64,000 nt of DNA from NCBI GenBank assembly GCA_958296135.2, contig CATQHZ020000001.1:4480001-4544000 (forward strand). Reading direction: 5' to 3'. Under the pieces are notes generated by a model that was not told the DNA's origin, searched no databases, and saw only the letters and a list, made by a program, of their open reading frames with translations. Origin of the DNA: an uncultured Poribacteria bacterium (GTDB lineage Bacteria; Poribacteria; WGA-4E; WGA-3G). Shown piece after piece: positions 1-9,163 of this stretch. Position 1 is the first letter of the stretch. The number at the start of each line of letters is the position of its first letter. A program made the position numbers and the translations under genes.

Positions 1-2725
1 TGAGGGTTTCCACGTCATCGGTGGGACGGTGGTAATCTTCATGGGCACCGGTGAAGAAATTCAAGACCGGCACCTTTTTCGGATAAAATGCTGTTACATC
101 GGTTGGAAGATACGGGTCAGACTGAAGCGTCACGTTAAAGCCGATGGGAACATTCTGCTTCTCAATCAGTGCGGGCCACACACTCGATGAACCAACGCCT
201 TGAAGTATCAGTTTGTTATCTTGCAGCCGGCCCACCATATCAAAATTGAGATACGCGGCGATTTTCTCTAACGGAATCACCGGATTTTCAACGAAGTAGG
301 AAGAGCCGATTAGCCCGATTTCCTCCCCAGACCAGAGTGCGAAGAGGATGCCTCGATGAAACTTGTCTGGCTCCGCCTCGCGCATTTTGCTAAGCTTTGC
401 GGCCAATCCCAAGACGACAGCGGTGCCAGAGGCGTTGTCATCTGCACCGTTGTGAATCTGTCCTTCTTCGCCTTTCCGCGCGAGCGAGCCGGTTGCGCCG
501 TAGCCGAGCCCATCATAGTGCGCACCGACGACGATATACTCCGCATCAAGACCCGAGCCTACTGGCGGAAGCAATGCGATGACGTTCCGGTCGGTTTTCT
601 TCACTTTCTCGACTGAAACTGCGATTTTGATAGTGACATCGGGCAACGGAAATTGCCCGACAAAATGCGGATTCTCCACATCAAGTCCCGATTGAACCTC
701 CTTTAATCGCTTTCCCGAAGGCGCGAACAGCGCGTTCGCCACAGTATCGCTGATGGAGGCGGCGATGATGCCCGAATCCGCGAGGCTATTATCAAAATCC
801 AATGGAATGAGCTTGCTTGCATTGGGCGAATTCGGTCCGGCGACGACGAGGAACGCCTTCGCGCCGCGCTCTCGCGCCTGCATCGCTTTATAGCGCAGGC
901 CGGCATACCGATTCAGCTGCTGCCGCCGCTCAGGTTCAACCTCTTCTGGGACATAGCGGAGCGCGACCGCGATTTTGTCTTTGACATCTATACCCGCGTA
1001 AGAATCGTAGCCTTCTCCCATTTCGCCGGGGACGGTCAGTCCGTAGCCGATGAAAACGACTTCGCCTTCAACCACGCCGTTGCGCGAGAAAGAGAGCGGC
1101 ATAAAATCGGTTTCAACGCCGAATTCCAATCTTTCTTCTCCCTTCTGTCCATGCCCCGCAGGCGCGCTTTGTAAGGACGCTTCACTCATCTGCCGCATAA
1201 GCCAGAACCGATTTTCGTTTGGAACAAGTTTTCGCCCTGCGGTGAATTCAAATGTTTGGAAGTAAGGCGAGGCATCGCGGGGGACAGGCCCCCGCGCTAC
1301 GTCATCATCAGAGGGCGAGGCATCGCGGGGGACAGGCCCCCGCGCTACGTCACCCGCAGCACCTCCTGCCTCGCCAACGTCCCTCATCTCGTAGGGCGAG
1401 GGCCTGTCCCTCGCCAGGCTAACGGGTTTAAGGTTGAGTTGCGCGAATTGTTCGGCGATGTAATCCGCCGCCTGTTTCGCGCCTTCGGAGCCAGTCATCC
1501 GTCCTTCCAATGCGTCATCTGCAAGGAATTCAATGTGCGTTTGAATGCTCTTTTCCGGTCCGCGCTTTAAGGACCCGGCCCTCGCCGTGCTGTTTGCTTG
1601 ATGCGGTTCAACCGCGTGTCTGCTTTCCGGTGCCGCCGCAATCGCAGCCAATGCCGCTTGATGGTTCCATACCGCCAAATAGAGTTGCGAAACGTCTTGG
1701 CTGTTGCGGTTTGATGTCCAACACAGCGTATCTCCATCGGGTGAAAAAACAGGGAGGCCATCAAATCCATCTGTGTGCGTCACGCGGATGGGTTCGTGTC
1801 GTCCGGCGGCATCGACAATGAACAACTCAAAGTTGGAAAAACCGAACTTGTTGGAAGCGAAGACGACATACGCGCCGGAGGGATGGAAATAAGGTGCCCA
1901 CGACATGCTATCAAAATCGGTGAGCCGTTTCACGCCTGAGCCGTCCACGCGCATCGTGTAGATGTCGGCTTTGCTGCCATCGGGTGTGAAGTGTCGCCAG
2001 ACGATGTGTTGCCCATCAGGTGTAAAGAAGGGGCCGCCATCGTAGCCAGGCCTATCCGTCAACCTTTGCTGGTCTGAGCCATCGGCGTTCATGATGTAAA
2101 TTTCGCCGAAATAGGCAGGATCGAGTTCCAGCTGCTTCAGTTCCCGCGGTGACAATTCGCTTTTTGGATATGCATCGCGGAGGGAGCAAAAAACGATGCG
2201 CGTGCCATCGGGTGAGTAAGATGCCTCCGCGTCGTACCCGGGGGCCTCTGTCAACTGCGTGAGGTTGCTGCCATCGCGGGTAGCGGTGAAGATGTCCATC
2301 GCCTCATCGTAATCCCAGCTATAGCGGCGTTCCTTTCCCGACTCGCGGAATTCAAGTTCCTCCTCCTGTTTGGCAGTGGCGAATCTATCGTGGTGCGTTG
2401 AGGCGTAAAGCACTTCATCGGTGCCGGGGCGGAAGAAGGCGCATGTCGTCTTGCCTACGCCGGGTGACACGCGATGCGTGTCGCCTGTCTGAAGACTCAT
2501 GAGATAGATTTGGTAGAACGGATTGTCGGGCTCGCGTTCGCTTTGGAAGATGAGCGCGGTGCCATCTTCGGAGAAGTATCCTTCCCCTGCGCGCTTGCCG
2601 CTGTATGTTAATTGCCGGATGTTGCTGAGAAACTGTGCTTCTTCTAGCACCGTCTCGCCTGAGCCCGTTACCGAAATCGCGAAGCACAGCGCGCAACACA
2701 CGCCTAACCATTTTATGAAATGCAT
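1..2725 (-). CDS. Exported M28-family peptidase with N-terminal PD40/TolB-like beta-propeller and PA domain (runs off the left edge; missing from the ORF track)
   Basis: Manual translation from ATG 2725: signal peptide MHFIKWLGVCCALCFAISVTG, PD40 repeats (GYDAEASYSPDG, GYDGGPFFTPDG), M28 motifs GAHYDGLG, NGADDNASG, SGEEIGLIGS, NFDMVGR, DYHRPTDD; the frame is consistent to position 2. Confidence 0.88.
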   Translation of the reverse strand, partial: MHFIKWLGVCCALCFAISVTGSGETVLEEAQFLSNIRQLTYSGKRAGEGYFSEDGTALIFQSEREPDNPFYQIYLMSLQTGDTHRVSPGVGKTTCAFFRPGTDEVLYASTHHDRFATAKQEEELEFRESGKERRYSWDYDEAMDIFTATRDGSNLTQLTEAPGYDAEASYSPDGTRIVFCSLRDAYPKSELSPRELKQLELDPAYFGEIYIMNADGSDQQRLTDRPGYDGGPFFTPDGQHIVWRHFTPDGSKADIYTMRVDGSGVKRLTDFDSMSWAPYFHPSGAYVVFASNKFGFSNFELFIVDAAGRHEPIRVTHTDGFDGLPVFSPDGDTLCWTSNRNSQDVSQLYLAVWNHQAALAAIAAAPESRHAVEPHQANSTARAGSLKRGPEKSIQTHIEFLADDALEGRMTGSEGAKQAADYIAEQFAQLNLKPVSLARDRPSPYEMRDVGEAGGAAGDVARGPVPRDASPSDDDVARGPVPRDASPYFQTFEFTAGRKLVPNENRFWLMRQMSEASLQSAPAGHGQKGEERLEFGVETDFMPLSFSRNGVVEGEVVFIGYGLTVPGEMGEGYDSYAGIDVKDKIAVALRYVPEEVEPERRQQLNRYAGLRYKAMQARERGAKAFLVVAGPNSPNASKLIPLDFDNSLADSGIIAASISDTVANALFAPSGKRLKEVQSGLDVENPHFVGQFPLPDVTIKIAVSVEKVKKTDRNVIALLPPVGSGLDAEYIVVGAHYDGLGYGATGSLARKGEEGQIHNGADDNASGTAVVLGLAAKLSKMREAEPDKFHRGILFALWSGEEIGLIGSSYFVENPVIPLEKIAAYLNFDMVGRLQDNKLILQGVGSSSVWPALIEKQNVPIGFNVTLQSDPYLPTDVTAFYPKKVPVLNFFTGAHEDYHRPTDDVETL
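1262..1416. repeat. Three family-A REP-like palindromes (two as 48-bp tandem units) inside the peptidase CDS
   Basis: ggcatcgcgggggacaggcccccgcgctacgtca at 1271 and 1319; gtagggcgagggcctgtccctcgcc at 1390. Confidence 0.9.
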
Positions 2726-2767
2726 GTCGATTTCCTCATTATACGGAAACGCGCGACGGCGCGGGTA

Positions 2768-3619
2768 TCACAGATACTGCGCCGCCATCTTTTTCAAGAA
2801 CGCAAGCCCATCCGTCGCGAGGCTTTCCGCACTCGGCGCGATGTCACGCCAAATGCAGGTCGCGGCGGCAATCTCTTTGACAGCCGGTGTAAACGACTCG
2901 ATCACCAGCCATCTGTCGTAATTGATTTTCGCGAGCGCGCTGAAGACATCATCCCAAGCGACTAAGCCGGTGCCGGGTGTACCCCGGTCGTTTTCACAGC
3001 AGTGGACGTGATGCAAGAAGTCACCGGTATTGACGATGGCTTGCCCCTGGTTCTTCTCCTCAATGTTCATGTGGAACGTATCCAAATGGACTTTGAAATA
3101 GGGGCTCCCCACCGCTTCGGCGAGTTTGACTGCATCCTCGGCGATGTTGACAAAATAGGTCTCGAATCGGTTGAGTGGTTCACTAGCGAGGGTTACGCCG
3201 TGGTTGCCCGCGAATTCGGCGACTTCCTGGAGTCCCTCAACGCACCAGTCCCATTCCTGCTGATTCCTGCCTCTGCCGACGAGTTTGCCCACAGCACTAT
3301 ACATCGGCCCGACGTAAGTGTCGCCGCCGAGTTCAGCAACGAGCTCAATGGCGCGTTTGAGGTAAGCCTTCCCGTTTTCGCGAACGCCCGGGTCTTCATC
3401 AATAGGGTTCCGGTCGGGGCTCATGATATTGCATCCGATGGCTTGCAACCCGGTCTCTTTCAGTGCGGCTTGCGTATGTGGAATATCCACAGTCTCCGGA
3501 TCGAAGATGGGGATTTCAACACCGTCGAACCCCATCTCGGCGACTTTGGGGATAAGCTCTACGGTTTCCCGGTCAAACTTATCCGCCCAAAGTAATAAAT
3601 TGACACCAAATTTTGGCAT
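2768..3619 (-). CDS. Sugar phosphate isomerase/epimerase, D-psicose/D-tagatose 3-epimerase family
   Basis: GFDGVEIP, EPLNRFE, HLDTFHMNIEE, HCCENDRGTPGTG motifs. Confidence 0.88.
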   Translation of the reverse strand: MPKFGVNLLLWADKFDRETVELIPKVAEMGFDGVEIPIFDPETVDIPHTQAALKETGLQAIGCNIMSPDRNPIDEDPGVRENGKAYLKRAIELVAELGGDTYVGPMYSAVGKLVGRGRNQQEWDWCVEGLQEVAEFAGNHGVTLASEPLNRFETYFVNIAEDAVKLAEAVGSPYFKVHLDTFHMNIEEKNQGQAIVNTGDFLHHVHCCENDRGTPGTGLVAWDDVFSALAKINYDRWLVIESFTPAVKEIAAATCIWRDIAPSAESLATDGLAFLKKMAAQYL

Positions 3620-3834
3620 TTTTTTGTTATTCTCCTATAACATTGCACGCCTAACGGCGTTTTAAAGGAATGAGATTTTTCCTATTGATTGGTTTTTCGT
3701 CTGAGCGCAGAAAATAACGTCTCCTTTCGCCCTGACTTTTTTAGGCTAATGGAAACCGTTGGTTCCTGCAACAACAGAAGAACTGTTTTTTAATGTAGCA
3801 GAAACTGCAATCTGTTGCAAGTGAAATGTTGTGC

Positions 3835-3880
3835 AAAAAAAAGCGCGAGCAAGGAAGGTGAAGTCCTTGCCCGCGTTTTG
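3835..3880 (-). terminator. Intrinsic terminator downstream of ilvC
   Basis: Minus strand CGCGGGCAAGGAC-TTCACCT-TCCTTGCTCGCG hairpin followed by a T7 run. Confidence 0.6.
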
Positions 3881-3969
3881 AGTTCAGATGAGAGTCAACC
3901 TCACCTGTGCCTAAAAACATTCACGTAATTTCCGAACAGAAACGAAACGAATCAACCTCATTTAGTATT

Positions 3970-4079
3970 CATCCTGTGAATCTCATGAATCCTGATTCAG
4001 GCAGCAGCCTCGCGCGTCAGAAACCGCGCCGCCCGCCAAGCGACACCCTCATCCTGGAAATCCGCGATTCAGACAGACA
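3970..4079. repeat. ATCC(TG/GC)ATTCAGAC-type repeat family (further copies at 5466-5491 and 48518-48563)
   Basis: aatcctgattcaggcag and aaatccgcgattcagacagac; reverse-complement copy gtctgtctgaatcaggat at 48518. Confidence 0.6.
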
Positions 4080-4154
4080 AAAACACAGGCAGGGAACGTA
4101 CTCTCTACCGTAGGGAGAGGGACAGGCTAATTATCTTAAATCCTAAAAGCTCGC

Positions 4155-4268
4155 ATCTTCGGGTGAAGGACCGCGAGGGACAGGCCCTCGCGCTACAGGG
4201 GGCCGGGCATTATCTTCGGGTGAAGGACCGCGAGGGACAGGCCCTCGCGCTACAGGGGGCCGGACATT
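4155..4268. repeat. 57-bp tandem duplication, each unit carrying a family-A REP
   Basis: atcttcgggtgaaggaccgcgagggacaggccctcgcgctacagggggccgg occurs at 4155 and 4212. Confidence 0.9.
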
Positions 4269-4325
4269 TTTCGGAAGCAAGACCGGGAGGCACCTCCCAC
4301 TGAGGCAGACTAAATCCCAACAACG

Positions 4326-5318
4326 CTATTCGTCAAGCCAGCTCATCATGCTGCGGAGATTTGTGCCGACTTCTTCGATCTGGTGTTCCGCTTCCTGCCG
4401 GCGGAGCGCGCCGAGGACCGGTTGGTTCGCCTGATTTTCTAGCACCCACTCCCGGGCGAACACACCACCCTGCACGTCCGCTAAAATCTGGCGCATCTTG
4501 TCGCGGACACCATCGTCGATGAGCATCGGGCCGCGTGTCAAGTCACCGTATTCAGCAGTGTTGCTGACATCGTTGCGCATTTTGCTCAAGCCACCCGTGT
4601 AAATCAGATCGACGATGAGTTTCAACTCATGGAGGCATTCAAAATAGGCCATCTCCGGTTGGTAGCCTGCCTCAACGAGGGTATCAAAGGCAGCTTTGAT
4701 GAGCGCCGCGGTGCCGCCGCACAGCACTGCCTGCTCGCCGAAGAGATCGGTTTCAGTCTCCTCACGGAACGTCGTCTCGATGACACCGGCGCGGGTGCCG
4801 CCGATGCCTCTAGCATAAGCGAGCGCGATGTCGCGCGCCATGCCGCTCGTGTCTTGATGGATGGCGATGAGGCACGGCACACCGCCGCCGCCTTCAAATA
4901 CCTCGCGGACGAGAGAACCGGGGCCCTTCGGCGCAATCATCGCCACGTCAATATCAGCAGCGGGGACAATCTGACCGAAATGGACGCTGAACCCGTGCGA
5001 TACCATCAGCATGTTGCCAGCCTGCATATTCGGTGAAATCTGCTCGCGGTAAACGGCGGAATGCAGTTCATCGGGGATCAGCACCTGAACGATGTCTGCC
5101 ATCGCCGCCGCTTCTTCAACGTTCTTGACGGTGAGGCCTTCTGCTTCGGCGCGTGCTTTCGAGCGGCTCCCTTCGTATAAGCCGACAACGACGTTCGCGC
5201 CGCTGTCTTTGAGATTGAGCGATTGCGCTCTGCCTTGCGCACCATAGCCAATAACGGCGACGGTGCACTGTTTGAGCAAGTCAAAATTCGCATCGCTATC
5301 GTAGTAAATTGTTGCCAT
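4326..5318 (-). CDS. ilvC: Ketol-acid reductoisomerase
   Basis: [36 protein letters not shown]; start reassigned to MATIYYD. Confidence 0.97.
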   Translation of the reverse strand: MATIYYDSDANFDLLKQCTVAVIGYGAQGRAQSLNLKDSGANVVVGLYEGSRSKARAEAEGLTVKNVEEAAAMADIVQVLIPDELHSAVYREQISPNMQAGNMLMVSHGFSVHFGQIVPAADIDVAMIAPKGPGSLVREVFEGGGGVPCLIAIHQDTSGMARDIALAYARGIGGTRAGVIETTFREETETDLFGEQAVLCGGTAALIKAAFDTLVEAGYQPEMAYFECLHELKLIVDLIYTGGLSKMRNDVSNTAEYGDLTRGPMLIDDGVRDKMRQILADVQGGVFAREWVLENQANQPVLGALRRQEAEHQIEEVGTNLRSMMSWLDE

Positions 5319-5483
5319 TTTTGTTGTTCCTAGCGGTGGCTCAGTCTCCCAGGTCCTAGCAAACCTAAAAAGACATCGGTTTCCGACGATGCATCGTTGC
5401 CAGACACTCACTCAGAACTGAACCGGTTTAATGAGGAAAAATGAGATGTCCACAAGAACCCTCAGAATCCTGCCACTCCTGAT

Positions 5484-5993
5484 TCAGACACTGGTGCCGC
5501 GCAGCATGGCGATTTTGCCGGTGCGGGCCAATTCGAGAATGCCATAGGTATCAAGCACTTCGATCGCCGCGTTCAGTTTTCCCTCATCGCCGGTGATTTC
5601 CAGCGTGAGAGAGGTGGGTTTCACGTCAACAACGCGGGCGCGGAAGATTTCTGCGACTTGCAGAATCTCAGCCCGCTCCTGCGGCTTCGCGCTGAGCTTG
5701 ATGAGGACGAGCTCGCGTTCAACATGCGTGCCGGTAGTGAGGTCTGTCACCTCAATCACGTCTATCAGCCGGTTCAGATGCTGATAGATCTGCTCAATAA
5801 TCTGCGCGTCGCCGTGCGTGACAAGCGTCATTTGTGAGATGCTCTCGTCGTGCGTCTCTGCGACGTTGAGGCTGTCAATATTGAAGCCGCGCCCGCTGAA
5901 AAGCCCTGCAACGCGGGCGAGGACACCGAATCGGTTTTCGACTAAAACCGAAAAAATATGTCGTTCTTCTGGATTCATGTCTCTTTCTCTCAT
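5484..5993 (-). CDS. ilvN: Acetolactate synthase small (regulatory) subunit
   Basis: ACT domain VENRFGVLARVAGLFSGRGFNIDSL, ERELVLIK, ELARTG. Confidence 0.96.
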   Translation of the reverse strand: MRERDMNPEERHIFSVLVENRFGVLARVAGLFSGRGFNIDSLNVAETHDESISQMTLVTHGDAQIIEQIYQHLNRLIDVIEVTDLTTGTHVERELVLIKLSAKPQERAEILQVAEIFRARVVDVKPTSLTLEITGDEGKLNAAIEVLDTYGILELARTGKIAMLRGTSV

Positions 5994-6089
5994 TCTGTCA
6001 CGTAGCGCGAGAACCTGTCCCTCGCAAACCTAAAGGCACCTGCAACCGGCGCACGAGGGCCTGTCCCTCGCAAACCGCCGACTGACAAA

Positions 6090-7766
6090 TTAGGACAACC
6101 CGCGGATGACATCACCGAGCCCCGCGCCCGCCGGCACCATCGGGAAGACGTTCTCCTCTTCGGCCACGATGAAATCGATGACGACAGGCCCGTCGTCAAT
6201 CCCCTTCGCCTTCTGCAAGGCGGGCCGGACATCTTCGACATGTTCAACGCGGAGCCCGGTGGCACCGAACGCCTGCGCGAGCATCGCGAAATCAGGGTTA
6301 TCGTGGTAGTCAACGGCGGAATAGCGCTTGCCGTGGAACAACTCCTGCCATTGCCGCACCATCCCCAAATACATGTTGTTGATGATGAAAATCTTGAGTG
6401 GCAGCTTCAGCGTAATCGCCGGCACGAGTTCCTGAATCGTCATGATATAGGAGCCGTCGCCGTTAATGTTGACTACGGTTTTGTCGGGGCATCCGAGTTG
6501 CGCACCGATAGCGGCAGGCAAACTAAAGCCCATCGTGCCGAGGCCGCCGGAGTTGAGCCACTGCCGCGGCTCCGTGAATTTGAAATACTGCGCCGCCCAC
6601 ATCTGATGCTGTCCGACATCCGCAACGACGATGGCATCGCGGTAATGCTCATAAATCTGCTCAATGACATATTGCGGCATCACCTTGCCGCCCTTCTGCT
6701 CGTATTCAAACGGATATTTCTGCTTCCATTCCTGAATCTGAGCCCGCCACGGATCGATGTCGGCCTTGCCAACCTGCTTGTTCAGTTCAGTGATAACGCT
6801 CTTCGCGTCGCCGACGACCGGCACGTCAATCGGCACATTCTTCCCGATGCACGATGCGTCAATGTCAACGTGAATCTTCTTGGCGTTCGGCGCGAATTTG
6901 CCGAGGTCGCCCGTAACCCGGTCATCGAATCTGGCACCGATGGCGATAACCAGGTCTGCGTCCGTGAAGGCGTAATTGGCACAGCAGGAGCCGTGCATGC
7001 CGGGCATCTCCATGGCGAGGGGATGCGTCTCCGGGAACGCGCCGAGCCCCATCAAGGTGACGGTAATCGGGATGCCGGTTTTGAGGGTGAACTCGCGCAG
7101 CTCCGCAGCGGCATTCGCGAGGACAACGCCGCCGCCAGCGTAAAGCATCGGGCGTTTCGCCTGCTTTATCAGTTCTACCGCCTTGGCAATTTGGCTCGGG
7201 TCGCCGTGCACCTGCGGTTTGTAGCTGCGGATGTTCACCGATTCCGGATAGTGATAAGGTGCCTCCTTGATCTGGGCATCCTTAGCGATGTCAATGACGA
7301 CAGGCCCCGGCTTCCCAGTGCGTGCGATATGAAACGCCTCCGCAACGACATCCGCCACCTCATCGCTACTTTTGATAAGGTAACTGTGTTTGCAGATAGG
7401 ACGCGTCACGCCGATAACGTCGCACTCTTGGAAGGCATCGCTGCCGATGTAATGCGTAAAGACTTGCCCGGTGATCGCCACCATCGGGATGGAATCCATG
7501 TAGGCGGTTGCAATGCCGGTGACAAGGTTCGTCGCGCCCGGTCCCGATGTTGCAAGGGCAACACCGACTTTTCCGGTGGCGCGGGCGTATCCATCAGCGG
7601 CATGTGAGCAGCCCTGTTCGTGCCGCATCGGGATAAGTTTTATATCTGTTTCACCGTAGAGTGCGTCGAAAATCGGCATCGCTGCGCCACCGTTGACACC
7701 AAAAATATATTCAACGCCTTCCTGTTTGAGACTTTCAATCAGGCTCCTGGCTCCTGAGAGTTCCAT
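6090..7766 (-). CDS. ilvB: Acetolactate synthase large subunit
   Basis: RHEQG, TSGPGATN, GGLGTMGFSLPAAIGA, GDGS ThDP motif; start reassigned to MELSGARS. Confidence 0.97.
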   Translation of the reverse strand: MELSGARSLIESLKQEGVEYIFGVNGGAAMPIFDALYGETDIKLIPMRHEQGCSHAADGYARATGKVGVALATSGPGATNLVTGIATAYMDSIPMVAITGQVFTHYIGSDAFQECDVIGVTRPICKHSYLIKSSDEVADVVAEAFHIARTGKPGPVVIDIAKDAQIKEAPYHYPESVNIRSYKPQVHGDPSQIAKAVELIKQAKRPMLYAGGGVVLANAAAELREFTLKTGIPITVTLMGLGAFPETHPLAMEMPGMHGSCCANYAFTDADLVIAIGARFDDRVTGDLGKFAPNAKKIHVDIDASCIGKNVPIDVPVVGDAKSVITELNKQVGKADIDPWRAQIQEWKQKYPFEYEQKGGKVMPQYVIEQIYEHYRDAIVVADVGQHQMWAAQYFKFTEPRQWLNSGGLGTMGFSLPAAIGAQLGCPDKTVVNINGDGSYIMTIQELVPAITLKLPLKIFIINNMYLGMVRQWQELFHGKRYSAVDYHDNPDFAMLAQAFGATGLRVEHVEDVRPALQKAKGIDDGPVVIDFIVAEEENVFPMVPAGAGLGDVIRGLS

Positions 7767-7854
7767 GCCAATTCTCCTATAATCCGTAGCGCGAGGGCCC
7801 ACCCCTCGCAAACTCCAGACCGTTCCCGAAAATGTATATCCGTCCAAGCGAATT

Positions 7855-8245
7855 AAAAAAAGCCCGACTCGTTCCAGATTTGGAGACGAGAAGGGCTGCA
7901 AAGGGCCTTTCCGTGGTACCACTCCAATTCTCTTTCTCACTGCAGCAGGGTGCGCGCTTTTCAAGCGCGCCTACCTGAACAGTCTGTAGCGCGAGGGAAA
8001 ACCTCGCCAAATCGGCCATAGCGCGAGGGCTAGCTCGCCAATGAGAAAGAGCACTCATTCGGATGCGATAACGGGCATCACACCGGCCCATCCTAATTAG
8101 GTCTGGCACTTGCTGCCAAACGTCGGACGGTTCAGATGGGCAGCTCCGGGGCGACATTCAGTCAAGGTAACTTGAGGAGACCTCTCAGCCTATGAGTCTC
8201 CCGCTCTGGCAAGCCCGGGCGACTTACTCCTCCCCTTCAACGCTT
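7855..8245 (-). ncRNA. T-box riboswitch leader of ilvBNC (predicted Val specifier GUC) with antiterminator and terminator
   Basis: Minus strand: stem I with AGTA and GCTGAG motifs; specifier loop GAA-U-GUC-G; GCCCGTTATC (stem IIA/B); T-box AATTGGAGTGGTACCACGG (7911-7929); terminator GCCC-TT-CTCGT-CTCCA-AATC-TGGA-ACGAG-TC-GGGC-T7. Confidence 0.88.
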
Positions 8246-8300
8246 TTATCGTGATCAATCTAATTATTTAATTGTAATTCGCGCACACGCGCCTTATTTA

Positions 8301-8329
8301 AGTATACCACATTTTAACCCAAATGTCAA
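8301..8329 (-). promoter_or_regulatory. Sigma70-type promoter for the T-box/ilv leader
   Basis: TTGACA-17 bp-TATACT. Confidence 0.75.
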
Positions 8330-8444
8330 GAAAAAATGTGATTTGGCAGAAATTTCGCCCGTAGCGCGAGAGCCTGTCCCTCGCAAAAGCCAAACCGTAG
8401 CCAAAAAAAGTAGGGCTCAGACGAGCCCTACCTACGGATTGATG

Positions 8445-9050
8445 CTACGCGTTCGCGATGTAGAGTTCGTTGACGCGCGTCCAATTGATGACGTTCATCC
8501 ACGCCTCAAGGTAATCGGGACGGCGATTCTGGTATTTCAGATAGTAGGCGTGCTCCCAGACATCAACGCCGAGCAGTGGGGTGTGCCCCTGCATCAGCGG
8601 GCTGTCCTGATTCGCCGTGGAATAAATCTCCAGGCCGTTATCGCCGAGGACGAGCCATGCCCATCCGGAGCCGAACCGTGTCGTCGCGGCGGTGCCGAAC
8701 AGGTCGCGGGCTTCTTCCAGCGAGCCGAACGTGGAGGCGATTGCGGATGCGATTTCGCCGCCGAGCTCGCCGCCATTCGGGCTCATAGTAGCCCAGAAGA
8801 GCGAGTGGTTCGCATGGCCGCCGCCGTTGTTAATCACCGCTTGGCGTTTGTCTTCGGGCACCCGGTCAAGGTTTTGCAGCAAGTCTGCAACGTCCATATC
8901 CGCGAGGTCCCCGAGGCCCTCAAGAGCAGCGTTCAGGTTGTTGACGTAGCCTTGATGGTGTCGCCCGTGGTGGATTTCCATCGTCTGTGCGTCAATGTAA
9001 GGTTCCAAAGCATCGTGCGCGTAAGGCAAAGCCGGTAATGTATGTGCCAT
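8445..9050 (-). CDS. sodA: Superoxide dismutase, Mn/Fe family (Mn-type signature)
   Basis: [35 protein letters not shown]; alternative TTG start at 9098. Confidence 0.95.
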   Translation of the reverse strand: MAHTLPALPYAHDALEPYIDAQTMEIHHGRHHQGYVNNLNAALEGLGDLADMDVADLLQNLDRVPEDKRQAVINNGGGHANHSLFWATMSPNGGELGGEIASAIASTFGSLEEARDLFGTAATTRFGSGWAWLVLGDNGLEIYSTANQDSPLMQGHTPLLGVDVWEHAYYLKYQNRRPDYLEAWMNVINWTRVNELYIANA

Positions 9051-9163
9051 TTGAATTCTTCGTCGGAGTTTCATTCCAGCTCGAACGAGTTCCGACAAAA
9101 AACCTCCTTAAAATATGATGTAAAAAGTATAACAGATTTGCGATTTATATGCAAGCGAAAAAT

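Noticed and set aside
1262-1416. Possible CRISPR array
   Set aside because: Only two or three units, no unique spacers, no cas genes; the units are dispersed REP-like palindromes
4155-4268. Possible mini-CRISPR
   Set aside because: A simple tandem duplication; the intervening sequence is also repeated
6240-7607. Long antisense ORFs (also 22288-23328 and 45458-46459)
   Set aside because: Shadows of well-supported genes on the opposite strand, with no protein motifs
7767-7964. N-terminal extension of IlvB given by the ORF track
   Set aside because: It overlaps the T-box terminator and a REP; the homolog-like start is at 7766
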